From assembly GCF_964355755.1 (NCBI RefSeq), contig NC_092674.1, positions 22,878,001 to 22,942,000 of the forward strand: DNA of 64,000 nucleotides, given 5' to 3'. Both the position numbers and the translations under genes were made by a program. Of the stretch, positions 45,801 to 56,281 are shown piece by piece (position 1 is the stretch's first letter; each line of letters opens with the position of its first letter). The notes under the pieces are model-generated. The model saw nothing but the letters and a program-made list of their open reading frames with translations. It made no database searches and was not told the origin of the DNA. Source of the stretch: Antedon mediterranea. Taxonomy: Eukaryota; Animalia; Echinodermata.

Positions 45801-48800
45801 TTTTTTTCCAATTATCGTATTAGCCTCTAGATACTACCAGTAAAAATTATTCAAAAGCTCAGTAATTTGTGAAATACAGCGTCAAATCAATATGTTCTGA
45901 TGTCTTGAAATTTAATCTTCTGTTTTATGAGCTAACAGATAATAAAAACAGCTTACTGTCTCATCAACAGCTCACAAAATTGAAAGGTAGAACAGTTTTA
46001 AATATGCTGGTAGCCAGTAGGCACAAGACATACAGTGTAGGGGTTGTAGTATGGGTCTAATTGTAATTTATAAATAATCTTGCAGGCCAGATATAGAACG
46101 TCCCCAAGGAACTTCGGGAGGCAAAGGAAAGCCCCTAGAAGTTCCTTTTTGCATTTATTCTTTAGCAGTAGTAGGACTTTACATAATAAATCTCCAAAGG
46201 CCAGAATATTATCTGCCATTGGAATTTATGAATTTCTTAAAATGGCCTCAAACATTTTCTAATTTTGTAAAACTGTTAGAACTGGTAAACGTATTAAGCC
46301 TTTCATTTTTTTGCATGATAATATGTATGGTCTATGTTTTATTTATGATTTGTTGTGAAGTTACTCTGGCCCCTGGACCCCGTCCGAGGCCTCTAGTTGC
46401 TGGCTTTGCTCGCAAAGTGTCAGTAATAGATTTGGAACTACTGATTTTTATATTGTCGACAGGTATGTTTTAACTGTCAAAAGGAGAATAGTGTTCTCCT
46501 CCCAATGCAATAATATACTTACGACTTAAGAAACCTGCCCACCAAAGCCATTCTTTTAAATATGCATGTCCTCCATCACCTGTAAAAATTGTTTTACACA
46601 TTTTCCATTCCATACTTGTTTGTGTTTGTCAATTAAGGCAAATTAAATGAGACACTAATAAACCAATTTGGGAATTATTTATTTTATCTTCTATAAAGTG
46701 ATTAAATTGATTAAAACTACAAATTAACTTAGTCAAAGTCTAATTTTATAATATTAATCTTTATTTTTCATGTTTTTGAGGGACAATACATTCAACTTTT
46801 TTATCTCAAAATGAACAAAGCAAACAGAAATTAGGAGTGGGGTTATTACAATCGAGCATGGGATTATACTCAGTACTACACACTCATACTTACTTGCTCT
46901 GGTAGCATATGATGTTATTTTTATCAAAGCCTTTTTCTTTACTATAAAACTGGAGCCGATGAATATACTTGAACTGACGGCCAGGCTAAGACCGATGTAG
47001 AAATCGGTATTGGAAATTTCATCCTCTTGCATGGCTTCTCTGCATGCATTCCCTAATGTTATCAACACTTGTTGCCCAGGTTGTGTACTAAAACTATAAC
47101 CATCTGTAGTAGCTATAAAAGACACAAAAAATACCAGTGTTTTAAAGAATAATAATATCAATAGCAATCGGACAGTTGCAACCTCTGCCAGGATTAAAAA
47201 GTAAGGGTGTGTGGCACAGTGTGTTGGACGTTTGACTACTGATCGTAAGATCGAGGTTCGCTCTCGCTGCATTGCTTGTATCCTGAGGCAAGATACTTTA
47301 CTTACATTTTCCTCTCTCCACCCAAGATACTTTACTTACGTTTGCCTCTCTCCACCCAGGTGTATAAATTGGAACCCAGTTAGATCAAGACACAACTTTG
47401 CGCTGATTACTATCTGCATTATGGGAGTATGTTTCCGTGTTTGATCCAAAAATGACTAGGGTAATAATGTTACGCTATATAAATCAAGGATATTATTATT
47501 ATTATCAAATAGTGAAAACTCGTCCAAAATTGTGAACCTTGTCAAAAATTAAATGGAGTCTATGGTTGTGCACATTCATGGGAATATATAGCAATGCTTA
47601 AAATATTCTGTTGCATTAAACAGAGAAGAGTTAATGAATGGTTATAATGAATGGCGAGTTTTTTCATGATTTTTGTGTCATGCAACAGGCAGATAACAGT
47701 GCTACCAAAATCCAAGCTATAGAGTGTGTCATCTATAATTATTCTGCTGCCCGCATCAACAATCTGAACGCCACATATTTGCTTCAAAACTAAGCAGTAC
47801 ATTTTGTGTTCTAATTATTAAACAACTAAATAATAAAAGTAATAATTAATGTTTTGTATTAAATTAAATTAATCATTCTATTAAATACAACAGAATATTA
47901 TGTTGAAAATATACAGAATACAAAAATACTGGTAAAAGAAGACCAATAAAAGAATATTATAAATTTCTAATCAATATAGTATTAATCATTAAGTCTTTAT
48001 ATAGTTGGTTGTGTTGGGAGTGTTTACACATACCGGTACAGTACATTTTAAACAAAAATTATAAATTTTGGGTCTGCAGTTTTTGGTGTCAAGGTTGTAA
48101 TTCCCTTTCAGCTTTCATGGTGGTGAATGCTATTCTAAAAGTAGTTTAAATCATTGTTTCTTTTGTTATGGATTTAGTTGAGAGCCTTTACATTGTTAAT
48201 TTAGTTTTGGATAATAAAGGAATGTATTGTACTATTAAAAGTATCAATCTTATTTCATAATTTATCTACCAAATTGTGTCTTGCCTAAAGCTCTGTCTAC
48301 ACTATCAAACTAGTTTGACTAAAAAGTGTGATGTGCCCAAATATGATATATAGTGATATGCCCAAATATAGTACTGATATGATGATATCATGTCCATATA
48401 TTTTTTTGTCACTTAAAGTTTGATAGTGTAGACAGAGCTTAAGGATACAGTACAAGCAATATGGCAAGCGTTCAAACTCAAATTTCGTCCAACTTCCAAA
48501 AACATGCGCGACAAGCCCTAAATCTTTTACCTAAGGTCATCAGTTCATATGTAAAGTTTAATACTTGAGAAAAGACAAAAATTGAAACGGCGACTGGCTA
48601 AATAAACAGTAACATAAAAAAGATAATAACTACTATACAGACAGTACTGTAGCCTACAGTACAGGAGCAAGTGTACCATATATTAAATTGAAATATTTAA
48701 TTTGTTTCACTGACCAGAATACCGGTAGTACTTCACCAATATCCTGCTTCAGTTAAAATTAAACAGCTTGGCTTGGCTTGTCAAAAAGTATTTAATGCTA

Positions 48801-51800
48801 TGATAATGTATGTTCCTGTTTCTGCTGCAAATAACTGGTTTTAAAATACTGGTAATGACTGAATCTCACATTTCTTGGCTCGCATTTGAAATTAATGTGG
48901 TTCAAATGCATTCTTTATTTTTTTATTTTTTTAACCCTGCAAAATTACAGGACTTGCCTACAAACAAGGCCATTCAGATAATTTATTTTATAAAGATATT
49001 ATGTTTCACTTTTTTTTTCAGATTGCAATAAACGTCTGATTTTTATTATCTTTATTTTTCATAATTTGTTTTTTTTAGGGGGGGGGGGGCAATAAATCTT
49101 TACAGAAACTGAATTACTGCAAATAGTGGTGCATGTCTAACACCAGGCTTGTTAATTGACCCTTCATTCCTTAAGCTCTGTTTACACTATCAAACTTTAT
49201 GTGACAAAAAGATGTGCTGTGCCCATATATGGACATGATGATGTCATATCACTACCATATTTGAGCATATCACACTTTTTTGGTCAAACTAGTTTGATAG
49301 GGTACTGTAGACAGAGTAGGGTCTGCAAATTGTTGTCAAATGTTTTCACACTATGTTACTGTGTAGATATGATCGGTAGTGAATTCTATCACATCCACAA
49401 CAGGATTAGCAGATAACTGTTCCAACATTCTGTGTCATATGTTCCAATATACCATGTAATATTATCATTGTGAATGTGATAAGATTGATAAAGGCCAACG
49501 GAAATAGTTCAGGGTGTGACCAAATGTAATATACCAAATCTACAGTATATGATAATCTATATTGCATTAAAAAAACAGCAGCTTACTGTCTGTAAATATC
49601 AGACACATCATTCATTTTACATAGTTTAACCTAAATACTGCAGGTTTGGAAGTATTAGACTAGAGCTGTCCACAGTGTGATGTAGTTTTAGACCATCTTG
49701 TTTGTGCACACATGTATTGTATAGAAATCTTTAATACGGGTATTGCAAAACTTTAAATTTATAATTTTTACTGTTTTCCGTTTAAAAACGTTGGCAATTT
49801 TTGTCTTTTTTATGTTCTGTATAATAGTTTTTTACACCTTTTGTCGTCATTTGTCAGTTGATGAATGTATTTTTTAAAATAGAAATTGCTCAACATCCAG
49901 AATTCTTTTGTCAGTTTCTGCCTACACTGTATAAACTAAATGTGATGTGCCAATATGGACATGATTATGTCATATCACTACCATATTTGTCAAATCAGTT
50001 TGATTGTCTAGACAGAGCTTTACAACTTTTATTCTATTGTGAGAATGCATACATGAATAAAATATTCTTTATTTTTTTTTCATAAATATGTTCTGTTGTG
50101 AACTTTTAACCTATATTATCTGTACTAATCAAAATGTTAGGGTACTCAGCAGACTCACAATGATACTCTTGTGTAAAAGATATGTATTATTAATGATTGT
50201 AAAGTTGTTAATTTCTCATTATCTTGTAATCCTTTGAGAATGTACAAATAGGTTGAAAATTAAAGGATTCAGAGAAAAAATCTAAAGCTATGTTTACACT
50301 ACCAAACTGTATGTGGCAAAAAATGTGTGATGTCCATATATGGACATGATGTCATATCACATACTGTACTACCATATTTGGCCACAGTTTAACCGACAGA
50401 GCTTTAATATTAAAATAAACAAAATACTGTAAATATTAGAAAAGAAAGTTTTTCAAAGCCCTTATTTACTATTATGGTAAATTGTAAGTATGAACATACT
50501 GTAGATTTAAATACAAACAAAAACAGCCAACTCTCCGAAAATGTTTGGTTGGTGCAACATTTGTAATCAAATTTCCAGAATTTACAGGTCAGACAAGGTG
50601 CGTGAGAGATATGTAATTCTAGGTAGTTAACAGTTAATTTTTTTGGGGTGTTGTGCTAAAATTGGGGTATACAGTAAACTTTGTATTTTGAGGTAGGAAA
50701 TGATAGATGAACAAATTAGGACAGAGTACACGTAAGTTTTTAAAGAAATTACTGTGTTGATATTGGATGGATGTTTCTAGTTTATGTAAATTTGACAAAT
50801 AAAGTTACTGCCACAATTGATATTTTGACCAGATAGACCCAATGGCCTTATTTACCATTCAAATTTACCTGTACTTTAGGAGGGAAATACCACTTTACAG
50901 GAAATCCTTAAATACAATGCTTAATATTAGAAAAAGTTTAATAGTATAAATGTATAGTATAGCGAATTATTTCATTGAAATAGTGAAATATGGCCATTGG
51001 ACTGTAGACATTTGAGTGGCCGTGCAGTTAAGACAGTGAAACCGTAATTACGTAGCCATAACATCGGCAGGGGTTCGAGGCTCACTCACTCCATGGTTCT
51101 GGTGTTAGAACGAGTCTTCTCGGATAAGGACTATATAAACCGTAGGTCCAGTGTACACAACTAGCTCGTGTGCACTTTAAAGAACCTAGTACATCTTTCG
51201 AGACGAGTAGGGGGTTACCCCGGTGTATTAGTACATCACAGCCACTGATCACCAACTGAGCCCTCTGGGAGACCAGTCTTTGACTGAAGAGGTCGCCCAG
51301 TATAAATATAAAAAAAAATAAAAATATTACTATGGGTCTGTTTCTTCTGAAAATTAAAAAACATGTTTTTAGTATCATATGGCTATAACAAAGACCATAA
51401 TTACTTTTTACTTAAAAAAACTTTTTTTGGTTTGTCTGTGGTTGTATATTAATGACAATTATTATCCATAGAGATTGGTCAACTGTTGGCTGCAAGTCAA
51501 TGACCTTCTGAAATTAGATCAAATTGAGACCACAAGTTTGTTGCAGTTAAAAATTGATCTACAGTAATCGTTTTTTTTTTAACAATTGAGAGCTCAATCA
51601 ATTTTTTTTCAGTTTTTAAAACTTTTTTTCAATTAGAAAAATCGTTTTTTTTTGTCAGTAGAGCCAATCTTAGTGCCAAAAAAAACAGGCTCAATATTAA
51701 CATGATTACCCTCTCATTTGTAATTTTACATTTTTTTAAATCATTCAATTAGTATAGTAGTACAGTAGTAATATATTAGTCAACCAACGATTCACATAGT

Positions 51801-52058
51801 AAAATATTAACGTTATAAAATTGTAAATGCGTGAAATTAAATAAAATAAGTATAAAAAAACAAGAAAAGGTATAAAAATAAGTTGATATGCAAGTACATG
51901 TGACAGTTACCATTTTAACTAAATACTAATTAAAAGTCAGAACACACAGGAATGTTATTAAGACACCAAAATGGCAACGCACCCTATGAATATTAAATTA
52001 CCACATAATATAAGTATGTATACTCACGGCTAGGTGTGGTATTAAACTCAACAGTCAT
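42841..52058 (-). CDS. NIPA2: NIPA-family magnesium transporter (NIPA2-like), ~394 aa, 6 coding exons
   Basis: Exons 52058-52028 ([10 protein letters not shown]), 47112-46894 ([25 protein letters not shown]), 46579-46523 ([14 protein letters not shown]), 45349-45259 ([27 protein letters not shown]), 44695-44535 and 43466-42841 ([24 protein letters not shown]); total 1185 nt. The first coding exon is the least certain. Confidence 0.92.
43557..43800 (+). mobile_element. 3' fragment of a Rex1/Babar- or L2-like LINE
   Basis: [37 protein letters not shown]...LIN matches the HPL...LLPSGRR...RT.R..NSF ORF2 C-terminal pattern. Confidence 0.65.
47205..47505 (+). mobile_element. tRNA-derived CORE-type SINE
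   Basis: TGGCACAGTG and GGTTCG boxes, core TCCTGAGGCAAGATACTTTAC...CTCTCTCCACCCAGGTGTATAAATTGG (with an internal duplication), (TTA)n tail. Confidence 0.7.
48289..48439. mobile_element. PIF/Harbinger-like MITE (AGCTCTGTCTACACTATCAAAC TIR), representative copy
   Basis: TAA TSD on both sides. Other copies at ~540-1057 (split by a SINE), 4958-5225, 19372-19496 (TTA TSD), 49174-49316, 49915-50019, 50286-50403 and a degenerate one at ~53485-53570. Confidence 0.85.
51013..51320 (+). mobile_element. tRNA-derived Deu/Nin-core SINE (tail type B)
   Basis: Same head and core as 604-970, but the tail is CACTGATCACCAACTGAGCCCTCTGGGAGACCAGTC...CCCAGTATAAAT plus A-rich sequence. Confidence 0.85.
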
Positions 52059-54393
52059 GTCTACAACCTCAAAGAACTAACAAAACAAGACAACTATTTA
52101 GGATAGATGAAAAATCATCATCGAGGTATATAGTAACAGTCACACTTCACTGGCTGCAGCCAAAATGTCAAATATTCTCCATGATGTACATTCAGTTCTT
52201 TATTTAAGCTAGCCTGTCACTTTGACCATGAATAGGTTGTTCACACAATCTCGATACACTGACCAAATGCTTTTTTCTCTGCCAATCTAAAGACTACAAT
52301 TGAAGTGTGACTTTTACAATCGTACAAGCTACAGTCACTGTATCTCATTTGCATACCATATTTGTATGTCTTTAGCTTGAATTCAGGGCTTGTTGCTGGT
52401 ACTCTTATTTCATTCACTCAACCACAAACAGGGCATGAACTTCATACTGAATATTCATTAAATGGTTATGAATATTCAAAAGGTTTAAAAGAAATTAACC
52501 AATCAACATGTTCTATTCAAGATTTGTTAGATAATCAGCTCTTTAATAATCCTATGACAATACTGTGGATTTGTTGCAATTCAGAATCAATTTTGTGAAT
52601 GCCCATTGAAATGTAAATATCCTGTGCTATTGACCAATTAGTAGAATGAAGTTGTACATTTCTTTTCCACGGTTCTACAGTAGCTGTCATTGAATTCTAT
52701 GTGGGACAAGAACACAGTTTTTTTGCTTACTATTACCGCTCGTCTGTGTAAATTGGCCTTTAGCCAGTACTGTGTGTAAAGACGTCTTCTCAAATTAAAA
52801 AAGCATAGACATTACAGTGGGAAAGAAAGTCTGTTGCTTCTTTGATATTATTTGATTGGCAAACCTGTTTAAGTACTTTATTTTATTTAATCGAATAGTA
52901 ATTAATGTTTAGTAACAAAAGCTTGTTCAATGATTTCTATTGTAAATCGTTTAAATACTTATTTGACGTATTATTAGATTGAGAAAATCCATTATTCGAA
53001 TATTATTAAACAAGAAATATTTCTTACAAAAAACGCTGCTTGACATTTTAAAATTAATCATTGTTCTTTCTTCAGATATATTTATGAGTAATTAATCGCG
53101 AAAATACATACAAATCAAAGATAGTTCTTATTATGAATCACATGCCAATTAAAAAATGGTCAATTTTGAACTTTAATGTGCTGTGTGTGTTTGACATCAG
53201 CCTGTAAGCATGCAACTGAATACCCTCTAGAGACAACATGACTTCACGGCAGTACAAGTGAAAAATTCTTCCCAGTCTGTTAATTTCGCGTCAACCAATC
53301 AATAGGCGAGAATCATAGACTTTTTTCAGATGTTTTTTGGGTCCAGCAGCTGGGATCTATAAATTATAGTCAAGTTTACAAAGTCGCAAAACTGTCGGCC
53401 TTAGACACTATAACTGCTGCTTGCTTTAGCTTCTGAATTAGTAGTCCTCATGGTACGTAGCTGGCTAGAGCAGGAGCATGAAAAATATGATGTGCCTATA
53501 TACTGTACAGTGTATGTATGGACACAATATATCACTACAGTACCATACTAGTTTTTTTTTTTAGACAAGTGGTTTTAAATTCTACAATTATTTTTTTGAA
53601 CTTGCAAAATTTGTTTTACAATGTAAAAATGTAAATCATGGTTGTTAGCATCAGCATATTCCAATTATTTATAATATAATACTATTTTTTTGTTATATTA
53701 CATATTAATATATATAATATATATATTACTGTGTAGATCGGTCTCTATTATGCTTGCATTTTATACTACAGCTTTACTTTACAGCTTTCCCAAAGTACTG
53801 TTGTAAAGTGGAGACAAGTTGAAAATGATTCTATTGTCATACTTGGTATTCACTCCTGGTTTTCACTCCTGGTTTGTTTATTGGTCTTTCACACCTGCTC
53901 AGGTTCTAGCCTGGCAAACAAAATTGCGACCACGCCACAATATTTTTACTCGATACATGAAAATGACAAGTTGCTAATGCTGTATGTACAATCTGACTGG
54001 ACCCATCCTGTGGCAGGTATGAAAGACCCTTAAAAGAGTAAAAGGCGAATCCAGGAATTGACAGACTGACTATTTAGCATTATTAATATGTTAGAGATTC
54101 TTTGTTTAAAAAATCCAGGATCTGCCTCTGAGGGTTAATTTTGTAAAAGCCAATATGGTATCAATTATCATGGTATCTCATAAAATGGTATCACAATCAC
54201 ATGCCACCTCTTTGTGTGCATGTGGGATTGTTAAATGTAATTGAAACTAAGAAAATATGGGAGTATTAGCCATTCATATGAAGTACTATAAGATTTTGTC
54301 ACATGAAATGAATTTTGATGGTCTTTAGCTGATACATGAGTTCTAAAGATTGGAATATTTATCATTTTGTCCAACAACTATAATGAATTTTAA

Positions 54394-55020
54394 AGCCCCC
54401 TTTCCCTACGTTTTTTAGATCTAATTTAAGATCACAAACTATATTTAATGTAAAAATAATACTATATGGTCCTATTGCGATAACTTTTTTCGTCTTTAAA
54501 CGGTTAAAAATGTGAAAAATAAGTCGATTCTAATAATTATAGCGGCCCGCTATAAATCCCAAAATGCATTGCGCGCGGATTGATATTTTTGTTTTTCACC
54601 TGTAATTCGTTCACTTTTCGATCGATCGTGAGGCCAAAACAAATGGAAGACTCCTAACTTTTCAGCGAAAATACCGGGTTTTCCCCAATTTGTATCAACG
54701 GAGTCTGGCAAAAATAGAAAGACAATTAATGCAGCAACTATACAACGTCAAGCTAGGTATATAGCTAGCGTATGATGTTCGTACGTTACCGATGTTTACC
54801 AGCTAGGCCTACAAAACTAAGCCTAGCTAGGCTAGGCCTAAGACCGTCCACGAGAGGTTGATCGCCGCGAGCTACTTAGGTAGTGCATTGTTTCTCACTT
54901 TTTATCATAATTTACCATAAAACGTACATTTAAGACAAGGAATGACATGGTTTAATGTTTTTAAAGTGATATATATGTATTATTTTCCATAAAACGTCCA
55001 AAATTGCAGGGAAGGGGTCT
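54394..55020. mobile_element. Second Kolobok-like non-autonomous element
   Basis: TTAA flanks; imperfect TIR AGCCCCCTTTCCCTAC / GCAGGGAAGGGGTCT. Confidence 0.65.
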
Positions 55021-55887
55021 TTAAAGTTCTACAATTCATAAGCCACTAGCGTAACTATTATGGTAAGGTATTAGCATATAAACTGTTTAGCATACTAGTA
55101 TGATGGAATTAAATAGTAAACAGACGATCAATGCCACAGACAATCACCATCATATAGAGACGATCACCATCATAGAAACGATCAGGCCCATTTTTGTATG
55201 TGCCCGATGCCTTAAAAGTTTGGCTAGATCGTCTGAGGCGTTGGGCCAGATAGTCTTAACATTGGGCCCGAAAGCCACAAAGTTGAGTCCGAACGTCTGC
55301 ACGCGTCTGGCCCCGATCATTCATGGCCCCAATCGTCTGTCAATCGTATTAAATACCATCATCATTATAGCTTTTTTACAAAAAAATTTCTTTTTAAAAC
55401 AAAATGCATGATTTTATTGATGGATATATATGCAATTATTTCAAACAAGGTGACTTTCAAGGTCCTGTTTCACAATATAAAATAATTTCATACAGTAGGC
55501 CTAGTAATGCTTGTCCTGACCTAACTAAAAGGCTCACCTTGTCCTTAGCCTTTACTAACTAGGCCTATAGAATCCTCAGCCGTAGGCCTCGCTAGACAAG
55601 TAATTAGGCTCTTCATCTACTCTATCTAGCTTAGGCCTAGGCCCCTAGCCCTAGTTTTATTAGTTTATAAGATTGAGGCCTCTAGCCTACTACTAACTAT
55701 TACTAGACTAGGCCCTGCCTAGCTAGGCCAATAAAGGGCTAGCCTACTACTATCTATAGGCCGAGGCTAGCTAGCTAGCTGGTTTATTCCAACCAGTCCA
55801 GGATGCAGCTGTAAATTTATTACAACATAACAAGACATTTATTCACATACTTGTCAATGACAAAAGAACATAGGCCTACGTACCTAC

Positions 55888-56281
55888 CTTTTGTTATAAA
55901 AACGTTGCATTTTTTACTTTACAGACTGTTTGGTGGGCCTCCTCTCAAAAATAGAACGATTCGACGCACAAAAACAATAACACACCACCGATGATGATGA
56001 TATCATAACCAATAATCGAGTCAAACCGCACGTGTCACTATGTATATCTTTATAGGCGCATATATATAGATATGTCTCTGCAAATAATAATTAATTTGTT
56101 TTAAAATGAAGATGATAATCAAAACGCAATAATTAAATAAACGTTTTATAATTTTTATTATATATAAATATAACACGTTACTACAATCTATATGACTCTA
56201 TTTTGTAAGAAAAAAAGCAATATTTTTGTTTCATAAGCTGGATGATGAGGGCGACAAACATTTCACAAGCAAGTAAAAAAA
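55888..56281. promoter_or_regulatory. Bidirectional promoter shared by NIPA2 (putative non-coding exon 1, minus) and NUP58 (plus)
   Basis: Minus-strand donor GTAGGT at 55887-55882, CCAAT ~56010, CACGTG ~56029 and the Nup58 ATG at 56282. CTAG/AGGCCT tracts flank both sides. Confidence 0.55.

Noticed and set aside
52077-52696. Possible larger NIPA2 upstream coding exon starting at the acceptor near 52697
   Set aside because: All three frames hit stops before the 52028 donor, so it is at most UTR.
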